From Myxococcota bacterium (GTDB lineage: Bacteria > Myxococcota_A > Bradymonadia > UBA7976 > UBA1532): a stretch of DNA of 64,000 nt. Of the stretch, positions 36,737 through 45,541 are shown piece after piece. The notes below the pieces were generated by a model. It was given only the letters and a program-made list of their open reading frames with translations. It was not told where the DNA came from and did not search any database. Within the stretch, counting starts at the first letter, position 1. Every line of letters starts with the position of its first letter. The position numbers and the translations under genes were made by a program. The stretch lies in the NCBI GenBank assembly GCA_036337435.1, contig JAYZEG010000069.1, forward strand, positions 14,893 to 78,892. The letters run 5' to 3'.

Positions 36737-39265
36737 GTGAAGCGATTGCAAGTCCACGTAGCGATGCTGGTGATGCTGTGTGTACCACTAGAAGCGAGCG
36801 CATTGCTCACGCCCTTTGGCATCGAAGTCAACACGGCAATCGAACGGGGTCTAGATAACCTCCGCAACTCTCAGGGAGGCAATGGTGGCTGGGGCGAGCC
36901 AACTGGACTCGCGATCTTGTGCTTCTTGGAGCGTCGGGCTGGACCGGATTGGAATGCGCCGGCCGTCGGCTATGCGGGCATGAATAACGAAGATAAAGAC
37001 CGCGTGCAGCGCGGAATCCGTTACTGCATGAACTCGATCCCGGGATTCAATAACGATACGCCCAATTCGTATCAGACGGGCTCCTGCCTGATGGGCATGA
37101 GCCTCTACCTGGTGACGGGAGGCCCTGACAACGTCAACGGCAACATGCCGGTGAGTGAGGCCATCCGAAATGGCGTCAATGCTCTTCAGCGGACTCAGGG
37201 GCGACAGGGGTCAAATCAAGGTGGTTGGAACTACACAACGCCAGACAACAGCGGAGATTTGTCGACAGCTCAATTTTCCATGGCTGGCCTATCTGCAGCA
37301 GCAGCATTAATTCCAAATGCTGACTCAACACTACCGAACGCAGCTCAGTTCATACGAAATACGCAAAACGGGGACGGTGGGCATAAATACCGAAGTGGTG
37401 GAAACTATCGGTCCACGTCGACCATGAGCGCCTCAGGTCTTTGGACCTACCGGCTTGCCGGCCGTGTCACTGGCGATGGAGACGTTCAGCGCAGTTTGAG
37501 CTGGATGCGCAACAACTATCGATACGACAGCATTATTCAGATCAACGGCTGGCCCGGCCAATATTATTATCTCTGGGCCGCGGCCAAAGGGTTTGAGGTG
37601 ACCGGCGATGATGGCAGCGGAAATTTCCTGTTCTCGGAAGAGATCGGTGGGGTTCGTGATCCGGCTGCAGATGGCTATCCGGAAGAATCGCCACGTTGGT
37701 ATTATGATTTCGCATGGTGGCTCGTCAATAACCAAAACGGAAATGGGGGCTGGTCAAATCCACGGGCCTGGAACAATACATCAGCAACGGCGTTTTCAAT
37801 TCTCGTTCTCCAGCGGTCGCTTGGGGGTGTTTGTATCATCGACCAAGACGACGATGGGCTGTGTAATGTCGAGGACAACTGTCCCGATATCGCCAACCCA
37901 GATCAGGCAGACCAAGACGGTGATGGCGTTGGTGACCCTTGTGATAATTGTCCGGATGTCGAAAATCCTGACCAGCTCGATGAAGACGGCGATACGATTG
38001 GTGATGCCTGCGACCCATATGTCTGTACGCCAGATGGAATGGAAGACCTGTGTGATGGACTCGACAACGATTGTGACGAACGCATTGATGAAGGGCCCAA
38101 CGGGGCTGGTGCCGTCGCGCCTGGACCGTGCGCAACGGGGCAGACAGGCCTCTGTGCTGAAGGCACGCGTGCATGCATCGATGGGATGATCGTATGTAAC
38201 CCAAATTTCAGTCCCGCAGAAGAAGTCTGCGACGGCCTGGACAACGATTGTGACCAACTGATCGATGAAAATCTGATCGGTGCGTGTGGACGGTGTACGG
38301 ACCTCGATGAAGAACTGTGCAATGGTATCGACGATGATTGTGATGGCGAAACCGATGAGGACGACCCATGTCCCGACAATGAAGTCTGCTTCGAGGGTGA
38401 ATGTCGTGACCCATGCGCGGGCAACGAATGTTTGGGTGAAGGCCTAATTTGTAATCGCGCCGAAAACTTATGTACGCGGCCCTGTGATGGCGTGGTGTGC
38501 CCACTCGGCCAGGTTTGTGACCCGATGACTGCCCAATGCACTGATCCATGTGCTGGCGCGCCCGCCTGTCCCGAAGGCCAGAGGTGCTGGCTTGGTGAAT
38601 GTCAACCCGACGATTGTGTCACGACCGGCTGCGCTGATGGATCCATTTGCAACGGTGTAGAGTGTGTTCCTGATCCATGTGCATCTGCGGACTGCGACTT
38701 GGGTGAGTTTTGTCGAGATGGGCAGTGCATCCCCAGTTGTGCCGAGGTGGCTTGCCCACTCTTTGAATCCTGCGTTGATGGAGCGTGTGAACCGGATCCG
38801 TGTGGTGGCGTTCGTTGTCCCGAGGGTCAAGCTTGTGTCCTAGGCGATTGTATCGGAGACCCTTGCGCCGGTGTTGACTGTCGAGATGGTGAGACCTGTG
38901 TGGACGGAGAATGCATATTTAACGGATGCCGAGACCAAGATTGTCCTCCAGGGCAGGTCTGCATTGTCGTCAATGGCAGTCGACAGTGTGTCTATGAGCA
39001 TCGGTCAGACCCACCACTTACGCCCGGGCCTGAGCGCGATGCTGGAATGCCACTTGACTCGGCCTTCGATTCCACCGTTGGAAATAACCCAGGTGCTTTC
39101 GATTCAGGTCTACAGAATCCAACGCCAAACACCCCTGCCGCGGCCGAACCGGAAGCTGTATCCGGGTGCAATTGTGACCTTCAATCCTCCAGCGGAAGTG
39201 GGTTGAGTTGGTGGGCTCTGCTCATGATTTTGGGACTTCGTGCCCTATGGCGTCGAGAGGCCTAG
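36737..39265 (+). CDS. Secreted multidomain protein: prenyltransferase/squalene-cyclase-like alpha/alpha-toroid repeats + thrombospondin type-3 Ca-binding repeats + Cys-rich modules + MYXO-CTERM-type tail
   Basis: Start at GTG 36737 (after GGGAG) or TTG 36731. QW-like repeats: NSQGGNGGWGE, NQGGWNYT, NTQNGDGGHKY, NQNGNGGWSN. TSP3 repeats: DQDDDGLCNVEDNCPDIANPDQADQDGDGVGDPCDNCPDVENPDQLDEDGDTIGDACD. CDGLDNDCDxxIDE motifs, many CxxGxxC modules, and the tail AVSGCNCDLQSSSGSGLSWWALLMILGLRALWRREA. Confidence 0.8.
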   Translation: MKRLQVHVAMLVMLCVPLEASALLTPFGIEVNTAIERGLDNLRNSQGGNGGWGEPTGLAILCFLERRAGPDWNAPAVGYAGMNNEDKDRVQRGIRYCMNSIPGFNNDTPNSYQTGSCLMGMSLYLVTGGPDNVNGNMPVSEAIRNGVNALQRTQGRQGSNQGGWNYTTPDNSGDLSTAQFSMAGLSAAAALIPNADSTLPNAAQFIRNTQNGDGGHKYRSGGNYRSTSTMSASGLWTYRLAGRVTGDGDVQRSLSWMRNNYRYDSIIQINGWPGQYYYLWAAAKGFEVTGDDGSGNFLFSEEIGGVRDPAADGYPEESPRWYYDFAWWLVNNQNGNGGWSNPRAWNNTSATAFSILVLQRSLGGVCIIDQDDDGLCNVEDNCPDIANPDQADQDGDGVGDPCDNCPDVENPDQLDEDGDTIGDACDPYVCTPDGMEDLCDGLDNDCDERIDEGPNGAGAVAPGPCATGQTGLCAEGTRACIDGMIVCNPNFSPAEEVCDGLDNDCDQLIDENLIGACGRCTDLDEELCNGIDDDCDGETDEDDPCPDNEVCFEGECRDPCAGNECLGEGLICNRAENLCTRPCDGVVCPLGQVCDPMTAQCTDPCAGAPACPEGQRCWLGECQPDDCVTTGCADGSICNGVECVPDPCASADCDLGEFCRDGQCIPSCAEVACPLFESCVDGACEPDPCGGVRCPEGQACVLGDCIGDPCAGVDCRDGETCVDGECIFNGCRDQDCPPGQVCIVVNGSRQCVYEHRSDPPLTPGPERDAGMPLDSAFDSTVGNNPGAFDSGLQNPTPNTPAAAEPEAVSGCNCDLQSSSGSGLSWWALLMILGLRALWRREA

Positions 39266-39283
39266 CCACCTGTATAAAGGCAT

Positions 39284-40054
39284 CTAGTTGCCGGTGCCGA
39301 TCTGGGCGACATGCTCACTTCTAATCCATGCGCCCTGTCCGTTAGGTAGTGTGACTTGCTGCCACTTACCGTCCTCGCCGCCGAGCCTGACTTTGACGCT
39401 ATTGGAGACTTGTGCCTGGGTATCATATTGCTGCCCAGGCCCGCGGTACGCCGTTGTATCGTCGAGAAGAACCCCATATCTAGCATCGTCAATAATGTAA
39501 CTTCGAGAGATCAGTAGCCCACCGGCGCAGGTAGCGACGAGGCCCGTGATAATCAGCACGAGGCTCAGGCTTGCTCTTCGACGCGCCGTGCTCATGAGTA
39601 AATACCAACACGAAAATAAGAGGCACCACGAGACAGCAAATGCGATTCGAATCGGCGTCAGCGGGATTGAAGAAAGCAGACCTGTACCCAAATCGTCGGA
39701 ACCAGGTAGAACCAATGTACCGGCTTGTGAACGGGCCAGTGCTTTATCTAGAACCCATGCTTTGACAGCATCGAGATTGAAGCGCGCATCTTTGTGGTCA
39801 GGTTGCAGCCAAAGAGCTGTTTCTAGTGCATGGGTTGCTTGTCCCATACGGCCCGCTTGTGCTTCAGCAGTCCCTAAATTGAACCATAAATCGGCTTGCC
39901 TCGGATGCGTCTCGATGAGGCTGCGATAGGTTGCCGCAGCCGTGCCAAATTTACCCGACCAAAACGATTTTTGAGCGCGTTCGAGTCCCGGAGATGCGCT
40001 TGCCAAACCGACCCAATAGACGATTGCCAGGCAAAAGCCCAAAACGTACTTCAT
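39284..40054 (-). CDS. batE: BatE-like TPR + SH3 domain protein
   Basis: 256-aa ORF with a signal peptide, TPR repeats, a TM segment and a C-terminal SH3-like end (GKWQQVTLPNGQGAWIRSEHV). It is the last gene of the Bat operon, with a 4-nt overlap. Confidence 0.7.
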   Translation of the reverse strand: MKYVLGFCLAIVYWVGLASASPGLERAQKSFWSGKFGTAAATYRSLIETHPRQADLWFNLGTAEAQAGRMGQATHALETALWLQPDHKDARFNLDAVKAWVLDKALARSQAGTLVLPGSDDLGTGLLSSIPLTPIRIAFAVSWCLLFSCWYLLMSTARRRASLSLVLIITGLVATCAGGLLISRSYIIDDARYGVLLDDTTAYRGPGQQYDTQAQVSNSVKVRLGGEDGKWQQVTLPNGQGAWIRSEHVAQIGTGN

Positions 40055-41850
40055 TGACCTTCGGCCTCCATCTGGCTAATCAATTCATTGACTCGCTGCA
40101 CAGTTTGTTGAAGGTCACCGGCGTCACCGGCTCGTGCGAAACGAGCAAACTCAATGGCTTCCATCTGTTCTGTCAATCCGCGGGCTGTCGCTTTCGATAC
40201 GCCAGTTTTCATTAAGAGCGTCGTGATTTGGTCAAATGTCTTACCTTTAATGTTCACTTGAAAGCGCTGGCTAACGAAATCCACAACGATCGAATGCGTT
40301 TTTCTGTACCCATCAGCCAAATCTTTAGATTTGCTGATCTGAGCCAGGCGCTGCTTGGCTGCACTGCCCGCATTCTTTGCAGCCCGCTCATCGGCCGTTG
40401 CAAATCGATGTTTGCGAACCATGCCGAGGAGCAACATCAGCATAAAAACAGCAGGCGTGCCAGCGACCACACTCATAAACCAGGTGGGTGTCCGACTCCC
40501 CGATGCAGCCACATCCAGATCGATCGAGTCTCGTATTGAGTGAAGCTTGATCTCTTTTCGGCTCGATCCATCTGTTGACCCGTCTCCCATTTTTGGCTGA
40601 CTTTGTCCGGTCACTTGGACAGTATACTGTTGCGTTCGAGCGGTTTTATAACGACCCGTTCCAGGGTCGAAATAGGCCAATTTGAGCGATGGTATGACCA
40701 TTTTACCCGCTTGGTTTGGCCGAACAAGCCAGACCTGTTTTCGGATATTTATTTTCCGTTGGCCCCGTTGAATCGATTGGGTTTTGGTTGGCGATGGAAA
40801 TACTCGATAAGTTGGGCTATCAGGTAACTTGAATTCCGGCACGTTGGCAATCAAGCCCTCCATTCTGAGTTCGACGCTTAACTCAACACCCTCCGTAGCC
40901 TTAATCCGCCTTCGATCAATGCGCCCTCGCAATCGGGTTTTACCCACTACGATGCCCCGATAGTTTTTTGGGCGTCCAGCTTTGGGTAGGGGACGGACTT
41001 CAATATCGAGTTTTGGCGCCGCCCGGTTAATGGTCTGCGCTCGACCTCGGCGAAAGAATCCTCCGGATGACAATTCTATCTGGGCTTCAATGGGAGGCAG
41101 ACTTAACTGTCCAGAACGCATCGGATAAAGGGTATACTGCGCGATGGAGTCTTTAATGAAAGCATACTCACCGATTTGAACTCGTTGGGCCCGACCTGAT
41201 TCCCCCTTGGACTCTTCATTCCAGAATCCCGAGAGGTCAATTTTTCCTGGGTCAAGGCGACTGACCCGAAGTCCCTGGCGATAGTGAATATAGAGTTGAG
41301 CTTGGATAGGTTCGCCCAGCCATACTGCACTGCGGTCGATTTCCCATGTAAGGAAAGCATACTCATCAGGTGCACCGCCTGTTGGTGCCGAATCATCCGA
41401 CGGATTTGTTGTCGATGATTGGCCGCCGGAGGGTGGTGAACCGGTTTGCCCACCTGCTTGGGTTACTGTGACGATGACCGATTCTGACTTATACCGCTTC
41501 TGCCCAACCTTCAGCGAAAAGGGAGAAATTTTAAGTTGACCGGTTTTGCTCGGTTGCAACTGTAGGTCGAGAATCGTGATCTTCTGCTGTCTGCTGGAGT
41601 CGTAGGTTGTCCGCTTGAATTGACCAACGACCGTCCAGTCGAGAAGAGATGGGGCTTCAAGGGAACCTTGATTATTGGATTGGCCCTGAATTGCAACTTG
41701 AACATTCACGGTGACCGTTTGACCGATTTCGATCCGCTTGGGAGAGACGCTTACGTTGAGTGATGTCTCGGCCTGTCCGACCAGTGGAGCGAACAAGACT
41801 GCCCACATAACAAGAAAGCGTCTGCGAATGTTCGAAAGTGCCACCGACAT
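40051..41850 (-). CDS. batD: BatD-like oxygen-tolerance family protein
   Basis: 599-aa ORF with a signal peptide, repeated beta-sandwich-like regions, a late TM segment (WFMSVVAGTPAVFMLMLLLGMV) and a cytoplasmic tail. Its operon position is the same as in Bacteroides batD. Confidence 0.7.
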   Translation of the reverse strand: MSVALSNIRRRFLVMWAVLFAPLVGQAETSLNVSVSPKRIEIGQTVTVNVQVAIQGQSNNQGSLEAPSLLDWTVVGQFKRTTYDSSRQQKITILDLQLQPSKTGQLKISPFSLKVGQKRYKSESVIVTVTQAGGQTGSPPSGGQSSTTNPSDDSAPTGGAPDEYAFLTWEIDRSAVWLGEPIQAQLYIHYRQGLRVSRLDPGKIDLSGFWNEESKGESGRAQRVQIGEYAFIKDSIAQYTLYPMRSGQLSLPPIEAQIELSSGGFFRRGRAQTINRAAPKLDIEVRPLPKAGRPKNYRGIVVGKTRLRGRIDRRRIKATEGVELSVELRMEGLIANVPEFKLPDSPTYRVFPSPTKTQSIQRGQRKINIRKQVWLVRPNQAGKMVIPSLKLAYFDPGTGRYKTARTQQYTVQVTGQSQPKMGDGSTDGSSRKEIKLHSIRDSIDLDVAASGSRTPTWFMSVVAGTPAVFMLMLLLGMVRKHRFATADERAAKNAGSAAKQRLAQISKSKDLADGYRKTHSIVVDFVSQRFQVNIKGKTFDQITTLLMKTGVSKATARGLTEQMEAIEFARFARAGDAGDLQQTVQRVNELISQMEAEGQ

Positions 41851-41859
41851 CTGTTTTGC

Positions 41860-43425
41860 CTAGTAATCTTCCATTTGAGGCACGACCCTCAAGTTGCGAA
41901 GCGCTTTCTCCAATTGCGGGTTTTTTTTGTGTTGGTCAAGGGCATCGATCAACTTCTGTAGGTCCATTTGTTTCGAGTTGGCCTGCTCTTGCTCTTGTTT
42001 TTTCTGTTGGTCTTTTTGGTCTTTTTGGTCTTTTTGGTCTTGCTGGTCTTTCTGGTCTTGGTCCTGATTCTCGTTGTCGCCTTCACTGTCGTCGGGCGGA
42101 TTGATCTTCACCTGATAGGTATTTTCTCGTTGTGTTGATGGGGCGATGCGCACCAAGACGTTCTGTACCTTGTCTGCTTTCGCCACCGAGATTTGACGCC
42201 CGCCATGACCTAAACGGCCGTCCTCGAGTTTGTTTACACCCGCTTGGTCATAGAGACTCACATCCAACGGAGCCCGGTCGGGGTCGAAGGCAACCTGAAT
42301 TTGTCGCGCCTCGTCTTTTGGAATCGTGACCTTGAACCAGTCTGCGTCTCCAGGACAGGCTTTGAGGCCTGGAGAGTCTCCATCTTTGAGTTCCTTGGCC
42401 GTTGAAGGACTGTCATTGTCTTCCTGCTGATCGTCTACGGGACACGGAGGGACGGCTTCGACACGCACGTTGTATTTGTACTCGGCCTTTCCGGGTCCGC
42501 TGAGCCCAAACCGATATGTTCCAGTTGTACGCAACCCCGTGTAGCCAACAATTGCTTTGCCATCCTTCACGCGAGCCGTGCGCATGGGTCTGTCATTGTC
42601 AGGGCCGTACAGTTCCAGAGTAATCACGCGGTTTTCTGCATCGCTCGTATCGATCTCCCCGTCCGTCGTAATGAACAAAATCGCGTCTTTTTCAGCCTCC
42701 ACGGTGTACCAGTCAGCGTTACCGGGACAAAGTACGCGGTCTTTTGCTTTTTCCGGATCATACGCTTTGGCGTTCTCTCGGTTGTCGTCTGGTTCATGAT
42801 CGTCATCTCGCTTGTGGCAGGCAGGGTTTGCTTGATGCCATGCATATTCAAGATTCCAGCGTGCATCTTCATCTTTTGGATCGAAACTCAGGACGCGCAG
42901 AAACTCTACTTGAGCATCATCCCAATTGCCTTGTTCCATGGCGACCAAACCTCGGTTGAAGGCAATGCGATTTCGCAGGGTGTCAATCCGCTTTGTTTGT
43001 TCAGGATGAGCACTTTCCTTGCTCTGCTGCTTTTTGTCGAGAAGTGCATCGAGTTCGGCAACGGCCCGATATGCCTGGTCTAATGCGGCTTTCGAATCAT
43101 CGAATTTAGTCGCTGGAGCCTCGGCTTTTTCATCTGCGAGACCTGCATCGCCACGAACGACCGCCTCCGGCTGGACCTTTTGCGGGCTCTTGCTCTCCGG
43201 TTTTGTCAAATGAGCAACGCCGCGGACAAGGTGGACTTCAGGAGCATCGTCTCCAAAGCCCTGCAAACGCATCAAAGCACCCTGAGAATCTGCCCTACGG
43301 ATCTGCTCTCTCGCCCCCTCGATGGTGGTATCATTACACGTGAAGGGTCCAAACCCGACGAGGAAGAGGGTCATCATGAGGAGCCGTCCGCGTATGCCGC
43401 GTCGAAAAAGTCGGTCTACGCTCAT
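41860..43425 (-). CDS. batC: BatC-like TPR protein extended by two pre-peptidase-C-terminal (PPC)-like domains and a (D/Q/K) low-complexity tract
   Basis: 521-aa ORF with TPR (NRGLVAMEQGNWDDAQVEFLRVLSFDPKDEDARWNL). Two segments follow the pattern E(P/E)DDN...A...CPG(N/D)ADW(Y/F).V, then QDQDQKDQQDQKDQKDQKDQQKKQEQEQ. Confidence 0.65.
   Translation of the reverse strand: MSVDRLFRRGIRGRLLMMTLFLVGFGPFTCNDTTIEGAREQIRRADSQGALMRLQGFGDDAPEVHLVRGVAHLTKPESKSPQKVQPEAVVRGDAGLADEKAEAPATKFDDSKAALDQAYRAVAELDALLDKKQQSKESAHPEQTKRIDTLRNRIAFNRGLVAMEQGNWDDAQVEFLRVLSFDPKDEDARWNLEYAWHQANPACHKRDDDHEPDDNRENAKAYDPEKAKDRVLCPGNADWYTVEAEKDAILFITTDGEIDTSDAENRVITLELYGPDNDRPMRTARVKDGKAIVGYTGLRTTGTYRFGLSGPGKAEYKYNVRVEAVPPCPVDDQQEDNDSPSTAKELKDGDSPGLKACPGDADWFKVTIPKDEARQIQVAFDPDRAPLDVSLYDQAGVNKLEDGRLGHGGRQISVAKADKVQNVLVRIAPSTQRENTYQVKINPPDDSEGDNENQDQDQKDQQDQKDQKDQKDQQKKQEQEQANSKQMDLQKLIDALDQHKKNPQLEKALRNLRVVPQMEDY
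42007..42062 (-). repeat. 9-bp in-frame tandem repeat (tggtctttt-like, about 6 units) encoding the (KDQ)n tract of BatC
   Basis: Direct reading: tggtctttt tggtctttt tggtctttt tggtcttgc tggtctttc tggtcttgg. Confidence 0.9.
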
Positions 43426-44483
43426 GTCCTGACTCCGCGATTTCGTCGCTCGCTCAGTCGGCTCTCCAATAGGAGCAGTAGAAGTGCCGGGAAGAGGAAA
43501 TATTGATACTTTTCATTGTAGGTATGGCGCATCGATGCCTGCAGTGCTGACTTCTGGAGACTGTCTAGTTCCTCCACAACAGTGCTTAGCGTATCCTGTT
43601 GTCCGTCGAATTCGAAAACACGTCGCGCCTTTTTACTCTCTGGGTCCGACAGACTGGTCAGGGTGGTCAAGAGATCGATATTGAGCCGACTATAGACCGG
43701 CTTACCCGAACTATCTTTTTGATAACCGGCATGTGAGCCGTCATCGTTGACAACAGGGATTGGCTCGCCGACCCGCGTACCGACGGCAATGGAAAAGACT
43801 GTGATGCCTTCCTTTGCTGCTTTGCTGGCTGCTTTTTTTGCAGCTTCGCCTTGGTCGGTTGCCACATCTTCGCCGTCTGTAATCAGTAATAAGACCCGGC
43901 TTCGACTGCTTTTGTCACCGCGGTCTTGTTTGCCTGTAAGAAGCTTAATGCCTTCCTCTAAAGCCATAGCGAGGTTAGTCCCACCAACAGGCATTTGTGC
44001 CGGATCGAGGCTGTCCAAATAGAGTCGAACGGCACCTTGATCGGCTGTTAAAGGAGACTGTGTAAACGCGATCCCAGCGAAGGGGACCAGTGCAATTCGA
44101 TCGCCCTTCAGCTCATCCATGAGTTGGCTCAGCAGCGTCCGCGCCGCATCGAGTCGCGATGGGTGAACATCTCTGGCCAGCATCGATTTACTGATGTCGA
44201 AGGCGATCGCAATGTCTACGCCGGTCTGACGTAGGGTCTGGGGACGCCGGCCGTACTGTGGTCTGAGGGCAGCCAACACGATCAGTGTCAGTGCTAAGAC
44301 AAATAAGAGTTGCTTGACCAAGCGACGTTCAACGGACAAGGACGCGATGAGTTTTTGAATCAGTGGAACCGACCCGGCACGGCGCACGAGATTCCGCCTG
44401 ACCGAATGACCATAGGCAAACAGGGCGATGCTCAGAACGGGTATCACCATGAGCCACCATAATTCTCCTGAGCCCCAACGCAT
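43422..44483 (-). CDS. batB: BatB-like von Willebrand factor A domain membrane protein
   Basis: 353-aa ORF with N-terminal TM segments, the VWA MIDAS motif FDISKSM, LITDGED, and a C-terminal TM segment. Confidence 0.8.
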   Translation of the reverse strand: MRWGSGELWWLMVIPVLSIALFAYGHSVRRNLVRRAGSVPLIQKLIASLSVERRLVKQLLFVLALTLIVLAALRPQYGRRPQTLRQTGVDIAIAFDISKSMLARDVHPSRLDAARTLLSQLMDELKGDRIALVPFAGIAFTQSPLTADQGAVRLYLDSLDPAQMPVGGTNLAMALEEGIKLLTGKQDRGDKSSRSRVLLLITDGEDVATDQGEAAKKAASKAAKEGITVFSIAVGTRVGEPIPVVNDDGSHAGYQKDSSGKPVYSRLNIDLLTTLTSLSDPESKKARRVFEFDGQQDTLSTVVEELDSLQKSALQASMRHTYNEKYQYFLFPALLLLLLESRLSERRNRGVRT

Positions 44484-45541
44484 TATGGAAACCTCCTGAG
44501 GAGAGTCTGGGAGAGCAAAAGTTCAATGAACAGGAGACCAAGCGCAGGCCACAGGAAAAAATGAAATAGCTCCGTTTTCTCGGCAGCCGCATAATCGACC
44601 AGTCGTGATTTTTCGAATTCGTCTAGGATGTCGACAAAGTCCTTAGCCAGAGAATCGGTATCCGCCGCCCGATAGAAACGGCCCGAGGTCGTCTTTGCAA
44701 TCTCTTCCAAAAGGCTTGGGTTGACTTGAGATGCGACTTTTTCGTAACGCCGTTGACGTGTGAATAGATCGACCACTTCTGTGGGTCGCCAGGTTTGATC
44801 TTCGCTGCCCACAAGGATGGGAAAAACCTTTATTTTTCGTTCTGCTGCCAATTTAGCCATTTCATTTGGTGCGATCTTACTCCCATTGTCTTCGCCATCC
44901 GTAATCAGGATGATTAATTGAGTCGTCGCCGAGCTGTCTTTGAATCGTGCGACGCTCATGGCGAGTGCATTGCCGATCGCTGTGCCAGTTCCATCAATGT
45001 CGCCCAGCTTCATTTTGGATAAAATATTGAGCATAACCCCGTAATCGAGAGTGAGCGGGAACTGCAGGAAGGCGTCTTTGCCAAAAACAACGAGAGAGAC
45101 TCGGTCATATTGTCGGGTCTTGACAAAGTTTCGCAAGACATCAACGGCACCGATGAAGCGATTGGCAGGCTCTTCGCCGGCGTTTTGAAGTGTGACCAAT
45201 TTTTCCTCGCTGATGTCCACCTGTTCCATCGAGCCAGACATATCAAAAGCAACGACGATATCGATCCCCTCCACTTCGGCTGTTTCTGCTTCGGTCAGTT
45301 GAGGCCTCGCCAATGCAAGGAGTAGCCCGATGACAGCCGTGATTCGGAGGATGTAGGGTAGGTGGATCAGGTTTGCCCGAAGACCAGGTTTCAAGCCCTT
45401 GACCCTCAAATTTGCAGGGAAGGTCATGGACGCTTTGTTTCGCCAGCGCCTCAGCCAGCCGAAAATGGCGCCGAGGGCACTGATCAGGACCAGAGTCCAC
45501 CAAAGGATTTGCGCGAACAGCGGTGCGTCGGCAAAGGTCAT
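44483..45541 (-). CDS. batA: BatA-like von Willebrand factor A domain membrane protein
   Basis: 352-aa ORF with N-terminal TM segments, MIDAS FDMSGSM, LITDGEDNGS, and a C-terminal TM segment. Confidence 0.8.
   Translation of the reverse strand: MTFADAPLFAQILWWTLVLISALGAIFGWLRRWRNKASMTFPANLRVKGLKPGLRANLIHLPYILRITAVIGLLLALARPQLTEAETAEVEGIDIVVAFDMSGSMEQVDISEEKLVTLQNAGEEPANRFIGAVDVLRNFVKTRQYDRVSLVVFGKDAFLQFPLTLDYGVMLNILSKMKLGDIDGTGTAIGNALAMSVARFKDSSATTQLIILITDGEDNGSKIAPNEMAKLAAERKIKVFPILVGSEDQTWRPTEVVDLFTRQRRYEKVASQVNPSLLEEIAKTTSGRFYRAADTDSLAKDFVDILDEFEKSRLVDYAAAEKTELFHFFLWPALGLLFIELLLSQTLLRRFP

Noticed and set aside
37433-38830. A cluster of antisense or alternate-frame ORFs within the 844-aa MYXO-CTERM gene (e.g. 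37903-38541 -, 212 aa; 37608-38189 +).
   Set aside because: Same explanation: the TSP3/Cys-rich coding region (GAC/GAT/TGT/TGC-rich) stays open in other frames, whereas the annotated frame carries unmistakable TSP3 and CDGxDNDCD motifs.
41995-42065. The short-period repeats here and at 56850-57230 as possible CRISPR-like arrays.
   Set aside because: The periods are 9 bp and about 45 bp with no unique spacers. They are in frame inside long ORFs, and no cas genes are present.
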